In this document: one piece after another, positions 46,669 through 54,906 of the stretch
Layout of the letters: every line of letters starts with the position of its first letter
How positions within the stretch are numbered: position 1 is the first letter of the stretch
Virus record (IMG/VR): IMGVR_UViG_3300049491_000850
Span: 1 to 64,000 of that record
Origin: a virus
Strand: one strand, 5' to 3'
Length of the DNA stretch: 64,000 nucleotides
Made by a program: the position numbers and the translations under genes
Notes under the pieces: model-generated
Database searches by the model: none
Told to the model about the DNA's origin: nothing
The model's input: the letters and a program-made list of their open reading frames with translations, nothing else

Positions 46669-47970
46669 TTACGTAAATAAACTTTGTATAATGCGAATGA
46701 ACGCGGAAATCTTTTCTTTCAATAATAAACTCGCAACTGGAATGATCAACTTAACCAATTCCGTTTTCAATAGATTGAAAATGAATTCATTTAATAATGC
46801 ACCTGCTGAATCAGCTAAACACTTCACAAAATTCTTCTGTGAGTTAATATCGTCAGTTGTATTACTAGGCGTGTTCGGATTGTCATTGTTCTTAAATCCG
46901 TTAAGGATCATGATCAACGCTCTAATCTGAGGTGTTGCCGTCAATGCGAATACAATCGCATTTAATATCGTTTTGATTAGTCTCTTAAAGAAACCATCTC
47001 TTACTGCATTTTTATTTTTTGGATTAACTTGTTCTGGATTTTTACCGAAACTATTCTCCATTACCTTATTGTAGTTGTTACCTACGAACACGGGATCAGT
47101 ACTACCAGTGTTTTGAGAAATCAAATCCAAGATGTCATCTAAAAATAATGAACTATCAATAATAGAACATCCCACATCTACAGCTACTATTCCGTTTGAC
47201 TTATCCTTTGCCAATCTTTGAATAGAGGCAATTTCTTCATCACTCAATCCAGCAACATCAGCACCATCGATCAATTGTTGAATCAATTGTCTTACCTTCT
47301 CTTCCTCTACCATGTTATTCAAAGGTTTCTTACTTGCCTTTGAAGCAGTGCCGTAGATAACATCCATAACTGCCGTAGTGAATTCTTTCTCATTGATAAT
47401 AGTCATACCATCAATCAAACCAGTTGTAAAACCACCGATAGTATCACCGGGATTGGTTGGTTTAAATGTCATCGTATCGGTGACATCATCGTAATTCATT
47501 TTGAGATTTCCGAAAATATTATCGCTACCCGGTGTAAGCATTGCGTTATACGCTACTTTATCAAAACCGTTAGGATTGTCTGCATAGGTTAATGAACCAG
47601 CAGCCGAAGACGGATCGGTTTTTAACTTACCGAACATATCTAATTTCTTTGCCGGAACGGTATAGCCAGCATTAAATCCTGCTGGCAATACTTGGTTCGA
47701 GTTGGGTGTATTTGATTGTTTCTTTAACGCACCTTTTAACTGTGGTTCTACACTACGGATGAACTTGGTCATAATATTACCAGTCGCTCTCTGTAATGCT
47801 TCACTACCTATCGTTGCTGTAAGTAAATCCAGCATGAACGGAATAGGTTCGTTCTTTGTGTTGACCGAAGGGAACGTAAAATTCGAATCAGGTAGTTTCG
47901 CAGTCTTCCCGATGGAAGTTAAAACACTGATTTCGGTAACAATTGATTTTTTGTCATTTACGATACCCAT
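46669..47970 (-). CDS. Hypothetical virion protein
   Basis: 433-aa ORF in a late operon. Confidence 0.65.
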   Translation of the reverse strand: MGIVNDKKSIVTEISVLTSIGKTAKLPDSNFTFPSVNTKNEPIPFMLDLLTATIGSEALQRATGNIMTKFIRSVEPQLKGALKKQSNTPNSNQVLPAGFNAGYTVPAKKLDMFGKLKTDPSSAAGSLTYADNPNGFDKVAYNAMLTPGSDNIFGNLKMNYDDVTDTMTFKPTNPGDTIGGFTTGLIDGMTIINEKEFTTAVMDVIYGTASKASKKPLNNMVEEEKVRQLIQQLIDGADVAGLSDEEIASIQRLAKDKSNGIVAVDVGCSIIDSSLFLDDILDLISQNTGSTDPVFVGNNYNKVMENSFGKNPEQVNPKNKNAVRDGFFKRLIKTILNAIVFALTATPQIRALIMILNGFKNNDNPNTPSNTTDDINSQKNFVKCLADSAGALLNEFIFNLLKTELVKLIIPVASLLLKEKISAFIRIIQSLFT

Positions 47971-47975
47971 TTCTT

Positions 47976-48371
47976 TTAGATATTAACTTCGCCTCTTTCT
48001 CTTGCTTCCTCAATCAATTTTCTAAGGTTGTTTTTTGCCTCTTCTGAAAGAGTTTCACCTTCGTCACTGCTTGATTGATTTTTAGATTGATTTCCTGCTG
48101 AGTTAGATTTGTCTTTAACGAACACGATGTCGCTCAATACTTTCATCAAAGCAATTTTTTGATCTTGGTTTCTCGCCAATGCGTTAATAAGACTTACGAT
48201 TTCTTTACCAGTCGCAGCTATTTCACCCTGTTCTTTAACCTTTGAATTCCAAACGTTAAACAACGCAACAATGGTTGATCTGATTTGGTGAGCATCATTG
48301 TACGTTTCCTGCATCAAGTCCTTGACGCTCTTTTCGTTCAATTCAATGCTTTTGCGCTTAATTCTTGCCAT
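47976..48371 (-). CDS. Helical late protein, possible terminase small subunit
   Basis: 131 aa, helical, has its own late motif; function inferred only. Confidence 0.35.
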   Translation of the reverse strand: MARIKRKSIELNEKSVKDLMQETYNDAHQIRSTIVALFNVWNSKVKEQGEIAATGKEIVSLINALARNQDQKIALMKVLSDIVFVKDKSNSAGNQSKNQSSSDEGETLSEEAKNNLRKLIEEARERGEVNI

Positions 48372-48385
48372 ACTATTAGTTTTTC

Positions 48386-48394
48386 TATAAATAG
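48386..48394 (-). promoter_or_regulatory. Late promoter motif CTATTTATA
   Basis: Upstream of ATG 48371. Confidence 0.7.
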
Positions 48395-48406
48395 TTGACC
48401 CGAAAA

Positions 48407-49306
48407 TTAATTCTCATTGAAAAACCCGCTCTTTTCAAGGAAATAGAGTTCCCTGAATTGCTTCATGGACGATCTGATCTCCTTTGTAGATAGATTGGTT
48501 TGTTCTTTAAGATATAAAAGAATCTTATTTTTGGTGAAATTATTGGAGACTTTTCGATTGTACTTTCCTACCACACTATCTTCTAAGAAGAGGATATTCC
48601 AGTTCGCCATGACATTAATGATTGCTTCACCAACAATAGTTTCATTCTTTTTCAATGTCTTATCAGTGTCAATCTTAACCCGGAGACTCTTAATGATTTT
48701 CTCAATCAACTCCTGCAATTCAAGTTCGTCACTATAATCCATTTCATACATATACTCGTCCTTCTTTTCAATTTCCTCATGGAAATCTTCAAAGGCTAGG
48801 TTCTGTACTTTTTCACGATAACTTGTCTTACCATGATCTTTAAAGAAATTTCGAACAATCGTCTGACAATAGCTGAACGCTTTTGATTCAAAGATTCGAT
48901 AGTTACATTTACTGTTACCAGTAGCTAAATAACCAGCTAAACCTTTCTTCGCATCCTCAATGAAAAAATATCTACCTTCATGCAAAGGGCACTTTGTCCA
49001 CTTTACATCTTCTTCTGCTTTCTTATCTCTATACTCAACAATAAACGGACGATACTTCACCATCTGTTCCACTAAGTGAGACATTGCATAAAATTCCAAA
49101 TCAACACTTTCGTAGTTACCTATATGTATTGGATAACGTCTCAAAATTGATTCCACCATTCTTCTGAATGGCTTCTCCAAAACTGTACGGTATAACATAT
49201 TGCGTTCGGCAGCAGAATCGGACATCACATATTTCAATGATGCATCTTCTTCTCTATCTCCAAAATATAATTTTACTGTATCAACACTCTTCTTCTTTCT
49301 TGGCAT
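48407..49306 (-). CDS. Phage sigma factor (T4 gp55-like late sigma)
   Basis: Region-2-like PFRRMVESILRRY...HLVEQMVKY.P...KAFSYCQTIVRNFF; C-terminal HTH-like segment. Confidence 0.65.
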   Translation of the reverse strand: MPRKKKSVDTVKLYFGDREEDASLKYVMSDSAAERNMLYRTVLEKPFRRMVESILRRYPIHIGNYESVDLEFYAMSHLVEQMVKYRPFIVEYRDKKAEEDVKWTKCPLHEGRYFFIEDAKKGLAGYLATGNSKCNYRIFESKAFSYCQTIVRNFFKDHGKTSYREKVQNLAFEDFHEEIEKKDEYMYEMDYSDELELQELIEKIIKSLRVKIDTDKTLKKNETIVGEAIINVMANWNILFLEDSVVGKYNRKVSNNFTKNKILLYLKEQTNLSTKEIRSSMKQFRELYFLEKSGFFNEN

Positions 49307-49328
49307 ACCATATTGTAGAAACTTTAAG

Positions 49329-50153
49329 TTATTCTGCTACAGTTTCTACAAGCGATGCTTTGCGGGTTGTGTCAATTACTCTATCAGCGAAAAAATGTGA
49401 TTCTTTCTTTGCAGTTTCAAACCAAAATCTTCTGTCATCATTTGTTAATACTGCACCAAGACCCATGAACAAACTTCCATCACGATTAATGACGTGCTTG
49501 TATCCGAATTTAGGGATGGTATAGATTTTATTTCCGTTATTTAAGAATCTTAGAATAAACTCGTATGTGAATGACAATACGATGTTTGACTTTAATCCAC
49601 CAACAGCAACGAAGTCGCTTTTCTTGAAAATCGCTCCACCAAGTGTATAGTATGAGAAATCACCTAACGACTTCGCATTCAAATAGCCCAACACACCATT
49701 TTCACCAACATATCCTTTTGACCAGATATTTTGATTTACTAATTGAAGTGGTGAGTTATTCTTATCGTCAACATCAATAGTGATTGGAAGGAATAACGAT
49801 ACGTCTGTAAGTCCATCAATGTACTTATCTACATTTCTGAAATAGAATGTACTATATTCATCATCAAATTCTAAGACTGAGAAGAAATCGGTGGTACTGT
49901 TTTTCACACCGAAGTTTACCTGACCACAAAAGTCAGTTTTTTCTTCATTCTTAATTGTAGTTACTTTCTCGCCAAAATTCTTTTCGGCAAGATATGCTAA
50001 TAGACCACCTTCTTCTGCTCTGTGTGTATACACGATAAGCAAACTAGGGTTTGATCCAACCTGCATTAATACTGATTGGACAGCAAGGTCTAAATATTTC
50101 TTTGTGTTTTCACCGAACTCATGGATCGGCAATATTACTGTTACTTTACTCAT
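49329..50153 (-). CDS. GT-A (GT2-like) glycosyltransferase
   Basis: VTVILPIH, QVNFGV, FSVLEFDDE, VGGL. Confidence 0.8.
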   Translation of the reverse strand: MSKVTVILPIHEFGENTKKYLDLAVQSVLMQVGSNPSLLIVYTHRAEEGGLLAYLAEKNFGEKVTTIKNEEKTDFCGQVNFGVKNSTTDFFSVLEFDDEYSTFYFRNVDKYIDGLTDVSLFLPITIDVDDKNNSPLQLVNQNIWSKGYVGENGVLGYLNAKSLGDFSYYTLGGAIFKKSDFVAVGGLKSNIVLSFTYEFILRFLNNGNKIYTIPKFGYKHVINRDGSLFMGLGAVLTNDDRRFWFETAKKESHFFADRVIDTTRKASLVETVAE

Positions 50154-50178
50154 TTCTTATTTAAGTTTTCGTTTGATA

Positions 50179-51318
50179 TTATGCTTCAACTGCTGGTGTT
50201 TCAACTGCTACTGGTTCAGCCGCATCTTGTTGTTCTAAGGCTTCAAGTGTTCTTGCTAACGCTTCTTTTCTTTCAGCGAAATATTCTCCGTAGATTGCTG
50301 TTAATTGTTCGCCAGAAATTTCTGGTGTATAAGGATCAGCAAGTTTCTTCATTTCAGCATAGATGTTATCACCGATTTCATCATCAAGAAATTTTCTTAA
50401 TGTATCGGCAATCAATACTGGCAATTGGAAGAAGTCATCAGTCCATACTCCACAGTTCTCAACTGGTTTGCCATCAGCACCAATTAAATATTCAGGAGTA
50501 ATGTCAGGAATCAATGAAATAGGAATCGTACCTACCTTCATACATTCTAATGGGAACAAAGCATGACTTGAAATTCTATCAATCCAAAGTGCAGCGAAGT
50601 TTTTACCTAGCTTATCAGCAAAGTCTTTTCTTCTCAAATGCTTTGGTGGTTTAGATTCAGTTACCATTGGTTCGAAGTTAACCCATCTGTATTGTGGGTA
50701 TTTCGACAAGAACAATTTAACGATCTTATCTAATTCTCTTTCATTTCTAACCAAGATTGAAATCACTGGTTGCTTCAACGGATACTTATCTGTGAAGTAT
50801 GCTGGCACAGAAACATTGTAATGTTTAATTCTGAATTTCCCTTTACCGAAAAACTCGTCAACAAATCTTACCATTGTCTTACTAGTTGTAAGAACATTAC
50901 TGATCTTAAAGTTTGACCAGTCATAACCCGGTAACAATGCCTTGGTTGTGTTGTCAACCGATTGAAACAATACTACACGCATACATGGAAGTTCTTTAGT
51001 TTGCTCCATTACGTTTGTAAAGATTTCAGGGATAACCAATAAATCTTCCGGTGATACTGTTAATTTGTTAGACTCCATTGAAACGTGTTCAAGGGCAGTT
51101 AATTCAGGTTCAATGAAATCAGGTTTCTCAAACTTTGCAGTTTCAGTCAACATGATCACAGTGTAACCCAAGTTCTTCAATACTGTTCCATGAAAATATA
51201 ATTCATAGATAGATGCAGCAGGAACTCCATGCACATCAGGTACGAAAAACATGATCTTATTTTTCTTAGCATCGATATTTGCAATCGATAATTTTAATTT
51301 ATCAACATTACTACTCAT
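50179..51318 (-). CDS. GT-B-like glycosyltransferase
   Basis: DLLVIPE; C-terminal FPLECMKVGTIPI resembles the GT4 motif. Confidence 0.65.
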   Translation of the reverse strand: MSSNVDKLKLSIANIDAKKNKIMFFVPDVHGVPAASIYELYFHGTVLKNLGYTVIMLTETAKFEKPDFIEPELTALEHVSMESNKLTVSPEDLLVIPEIFTNVMEQTKELPCMRVVLFQSVDNTTKALLPGYDWSNFKISNVLTTSKTMVRFVDEFFGKGKFRIKHYNVSVPAYFTDKYPLKQPVISILVRNERELDKIVKLFLSKYPQYRWVNFEPMVTESKPPKHLRRKDFADKLGKNFAALWIDRISSHALFPLECMKVGTIPISLIPDITPEYLIGADGKPVENCGVWTDDFFQLPVLIADTLRKFLDDEIGDNIYAEMKKLADPYTPEISGEQLTAIYGEYFAERKEALARTLEALEQQDAAEPVAVETPAVEA

Positions 51319-51321
51319 TTC

Positions 51322-52107
51322 TTATTTGTTTAAATTTAATTTATAGTCGATGAATCCTTGGAATGCCTTTGCAGGTACTGATCCTTCTTCATCTGCCTCA
51401 GAACCTGTCAATCCGAACACTGTTCCAATGTCACTAGTGTAATCAGCATCGCTTCCAATGTTATATTCACGAGTCAACTTAATCGTTACTTTTCCTTCTG
51501 GCTTATTGTCAAGCATATCAGGATTTGTGGTCATTACCCAATCAAACTTCTCCCATGCTTCTTCATCAGAGTAAACGAACACAATGTTCTTTATCTCAAT
51601 TCTCATTTTACTCAAAAAGAATAAAGTTGAAGGGATTGCTGCTTTCTTAGTTCTACAGTACAGATATACTTCGAAGTTATCAGCAAAGAGTTTCAAGAAT
51701 GTGTTAAGATCAACATCGGCATTTTGGTACAACTTAGGTGCACTACCGTGGATTTGATAACAATAATCCTCATAAAGAAATTTCTCAAACATTTCATCAC
51801 CAGACAAAACTTTTGTCTCAGTATTAAATGCAAAATCATCCACACCAGCACGACCTGTTGCTTCATCGACAACATATTCCTTTGGCGAAATCTTTTGCAG
51901 AGTTTCGTTTGTAAGGAATTCATCAGTTACGAATTGTTCAACGATTTCAGTTTCTTTGAATTCGTAGTGGTTTCTTAAATTATAGGTGTTGAATGGTTCA
52001 GTAATCTTTCCATTGTCACCAAATTCATCATCATAGTAGCGATCAAACGCTAACCATTTTGCTCTCAATATTTCATCAATATCGATTCCTAATCTCGGTT
52101 TACTCAT
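51322..52107 (-). CDS. HAD-fold 5'(3')-deoxyribonucleotidase-like protein
   Basis: N-terminal LGIDIDEIL; C-terminal REYN; motif IV aspartates not evident. Confidence 0.55.
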   Translation of the reverse strand: MSKPRLGIDIDEILRAKWLAFDRYYDDEFGDNGKITEPFNTYNLRNHYEFKETEIVEQFVTDEFLTNETLQKISPKEYVVDEATGRAGVDDFAFNTETKVLSGDEMFEKFLYEDYCYQIHGSAPKLYQNADVDLNTFLKLFADNFEVYLYCRTKKAAIPSTLFFLSKMRIEIKNIVFVYSDEEAWEKFDWVMTTNPDMLDNKPEGKVTIKLTREYNIGSDADYTSDIGTVFGLTGSEADEEGSVPAKAFQGFIDYKLNLNK

Positions 52108-52508
52108 TGTTCTTTTTTCTTTTTATTATGTGATATAGGTACGATGATCACGTTATCGTTTTCAATAACAGTCGTCAGTACATTATTTATTTCATTTAAT
52201 CCTTCATGCATATATAGTGGATCGATAAACACTTTAAAATCTCTATCCTCAGTATCAATGTGTTTTATAAATTCACCAAGTTTCATTGTCGGTGCTTCTC
52301 TTACTGGTGGCACGAATACCAATCCTTCGCTCATACGTTCATCGTAATCAACACTCTCAGGATAATAATCATACATCAATCTAAAGTCACACTTGAATTC
52401 TTTACTAAGTTTCAAGAGGAAAGCATCGATCTCTTTGCTTATTTTTGGTTCTCTTAATTTTTTATCAACATCAGTCATTTTACGTTTGTACTCGTCATCA
52501 AGATTCAT
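52104..52508 (-). CDS. Hypothetical protein
   Basis: Coupled ORF. Confidence 0.6.
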   Translation of the reverse strand: MNLDDEYKRKMTDVDKKLREPKISKEIDAFLLKLSKEFKCDFRLMYDYYPESVDYDERMSEGLVFVPPVREAPTMKLGEFIKHIDTEDRDFKVFIDPLYMHEGLNEINNVLTTVIENDNVIIVPISHNKKKKEQ

Positions 52509-52792
52509 TACTCCCCCTTCTTATTTTCAATAAAATGATCAATATGTTCAGTGAGAACGTCCAACTTTATTCTATATTCACGATACACTTCTGCATCGAC
52601 AATAAACTTTGGATTCAATGATTCAATTACTGTTCCACCACCTCTTCTTGGTATGACGAATGTTGTTGCTTCTATTTTGTCAACAACGTCTTTCGGAAAA
52701 AGTGAAGCAGCAACATGTTGGACATGTTCATCTGCCTCACGTCCTTCTAACGTTTCAACATCAACATACAGCACTAAAATTAATTTATCCAT
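52508..52792 (-). CDS. Hypothetical protein
   Basis: Coupled ORF; ILVLYVDV...IESLNP. Confidence 0.6.
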   Translation of the reverse strand: MDKLILVLYVDVETLEGREADEHVQHVAASLFPKDVVDKIEATTFVIPRRGGGTVIESLNPKFIVDAEVYREYRIKLDVLTEHIDHFIENKKGE

Positions 52793-53591
52793 GTAACCTT
52801 ACTCTACTATTTTGTACTACAGGAACAGTATTATAATGTTCCTTAAATTTTGATTCGATTGTCTTGATAATAGGATTACGACAATTTTCATCATTTTCAT
52901 CCATCGAAATACAACCCATGTCAGGCACTTCATTGAAAATCTTCAATAAGACTTCAAGTGAACTATCTTGTTTATTTCTCAAGTCAATTTGATTGGTATC
53001 TCCAAGACAAATGATTTTTGAATTTTCTCCGATACGCGTTAATAATGTTCTTGCATTATCAACACTTACGTTTTGAGTTTCATCAAGAATAATGATTGCA
53101 TTATCTAAGTTTGTTCCTCTTATATATGCTAATGGCAAAAAGTGAATGATACTACTATCAAACAAACCATCAACATTTGAATTCGAGAATAACTTCTTTG
53201 CATTACTCTTGAAACTTTCCATGTAAGGGTCAACCTTCTCTCTCAAATCACCTTTCAAGAATCCAAGTTCTTCGTTCTTTAATACAGTGACCGATTTAAC
53301 AAGTAGAATTTTCTGGTAGAAATTACTTCTCTCCTTTAATAAAGAGAGTGCCATATAAATAGCACAAATTGTCTTTCCACTTCCCGCAGGGCCGGCACAA
53401 ATCGTGATCTGATTGTCCTTTATGGACTTCAACAACTTCTTTTGACTGTCATTTTTCGCACTCAAGTTTACCTTTTCGACAATCATATTGCCGATTAAGT
53501 CCTTCTGTCGTTCGTTTATCTCCGATTTGGTGATCTCGAATGATTGCGTACCGTTCTTCTTTTTTGTTGTGGCAACTTTAGTTTTACCCAT
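52785..53591 (-). CDS. phoH: PhoH-family ATPase
   Basis: GPAGSGKT, LGFLKGDLREK, PLAYIRG, ILDETQN, LTRIGENSK, GDTNQID. Confidence 0.93.
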   Translation of the reverse strand: MGKTKVATTKKKNGTQSFEITKSEINERQKDLIGNMIVEKVNLSAKNDSQKKLLKSIKDNQITICAGPAGSGKTICAIYMALSLLKERSNFYQKILLVKSVTVLKNEELGFLKGDLREKVDPYMESFKSNAKKLFSNSNVDGLFDSSIIHFLPLAYIRGTNLDNAIIILDETQNVSVDNARTLLTRIGENSKIICLGDTNQIDLRNKQDSSLEVLLKIFNEVPDMGCISMDENDENCRNPIIKTIESKFKEHYNTVPVVQNSRVRLHG

Positions 53592-53636
53592 TAAAAACCA
53601 TTAGAAAGTTTAAATAATTTTTTCCCCTGTATATAG

Positions 53637-53664
53637 TTATACGGAAAACTTAATTAAATCTTGA
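53637..53664 (-). promoter_or_regulatory. ECF-like promoter TCAAG-N16-CGTATAA
   Basis: Heads the phoH-to-sigma operon; same spacing. Confidence 0.55.
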
Positions 53665-53682
53665 ATTAAAAATTAAATTTTA

Positions 53683-53691
53683 GTATTTATT
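53683..53691 (+). promoter_or_regulatory. Late promoter motif GTATTTATT
   Basis: Upstream of ATG 53708. Confidence 0.7.
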
Positions 53692-53707
53692 ATAAAAAAG
53701 TATAACT

Positions 53708-54841
53708 ATGAGTGAAAATAAAGATGTAAAAGGAGCAATGAGTGAATTCTATAAAAAGAAGGAACAGACTCCAAGTCAAAATGAAAATAGTAGTGTGGTA
53801 GTCCTATCAAATAACAACCCAACTGCTTCATTACCAAAGTATGACGCTGGTTCTTACAATAGAAATGTTACCGATCAAATGGATGATCAAGACTTGGTTG
53901 TTGGATTTGACACGGTTAGACTTCCATCGAAAGGTGTATTCTATAGAAATAAGGTATCCGAAGTCGTAGTTGAATATTTAACATCAAAAGATGAAGATAT
54001 TCTTACAACACCTGCTCTTATTGAGAACAATACTTTAATTGACGTTCTTTTAAAGAACAAAATCAAAACCAAAGGTATTGAAGTTGAAGAAATGTTGGGT
54101 GGTGATAAGAATGCCATTCTTGTATTCTTGAGAGCATCGTCATACGGTAAAAACTATGATGTTGTTGTTACCGATCCATTCGGTGGTAACTCTTTCAGAG
54201 CAACCGTAGACCTTACTAAGTTGAAATATAAGGAGATCGATATTCTCCCGGACGAAAATCTACATTTCACGGTTGAACTACCAATGCGTAAGAAATTTGT
54301 TAAGTTCAAATTGATCACGGACAATGACTTAAAGAGAATCTTCAAACAAGCAGAAACCAAGAAAGAAGCAACTGGTCAACCATTCTTAGAATTACTTAGT
54401 ATGCGTTTGAAAGCAGCTATTGTGAGTGTCGATGGTAAGACTGATCGTACATACATCTCCAAGTTTGTAGATGCTATGCCAGCACTTGATTCATTAACGC
54501 TTAGACGTAAAATTGATGAAGTTACACCGGACGTAGACTATAAATATGAGTTCGTTTCACCTGCCGGGTATCCATTCGAAGCATCCATATCGTTAGGAGT
54601 CGAGTTTTTTTTGCCCAAAAATTTAGCGGGGAAGTACAAAGAGATGGTAATGCAGGAAATCTACATCCTGACCAAACATGCCAACTTCTCCGCAGAATAT
54701 GTAGAAAATCTTCCTACATGGAAGAGACGCTATTACATAGATTTGCTCGAACGAGAAGTAGACGAAGTAAAGAAACAACAAGAGGCGCAAAGTCGAAAAT
54801 CGCGATCATCGCCTTCCAGATCAGCACCAAGACGCAGATAA
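53708..54841 (+). CDS. Baseplate hub / tail assembly chaperone (T4 gp26-like) fused in frame to a gp51-like domain
   Basis: LPSKGVFY, YLTSKDEDIL, GDKNAILVFLRASSYG; C-terminal EIYILTKH...ENLPTWKRRYYIDLL; directly precedes tape measure. Confidence 0.75.
   Translation: MSENKDVKGAMSEFYKKKEQTPSQNENSSVVVLSNNNPTASLPKYDAGSYNRNVTDQMDDQDLVVGFDTVRLPSKGVFYRNKVSEVVVEYLTSKDEDILTTPALIENNTLIDVLLKNKIKTKGIEVEEMLGGDKNAILVFLRASSYGKNYDVVVTDPFGGNSFRATVDLTKLKYKEIDILPDENLHFTVELPMRKKFVKFKLITDNDLKRIFKQAETKKEATGQPFLELLSMRLKAAIVSVDGKTDRTYISKFVDAMPALDSLTLRRKIDEVTPDVDYKYEFVSPAGYPFEASISLGVEFFLPKNLAGKYKEMVMQEIYILTKHANFSAEYVENLPTWKRRYYIDLLEREVDEVKKQQEAQSRKSRSSPSRSAPRRR
54602..54626 (+). other. Candidate slippery / frameshift site
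   Basis: GAG TTT TTT TTG CCC (T8 run); the +1 frame reads CPKI-TAG. Confidence 0.55.
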
Positions 54842-54847
54842 TGAAAG

Positions 54848-54872
54848 AATCCAGTTTAAAGACTGGATTTTT
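54848..54872 (+). terminator. Intrinsic terminator
   Basis: AATCCAGT-ttaaag-ACTGGATT followed by Ts. Confidence 0.75.
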
Positions 54873-54881
54873 CGTTTTTAC

Positions 54882-54890
54882 CTATTTATG
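54882..54890 (+). promoter_or_regulatory. Late promoter motif CTATTTATG
   Basis: Upstream of the tape measure ATG. Confidence 0.7.
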
Positions 54891-54906
54891 AATAGAATAA
54901 TCCATC

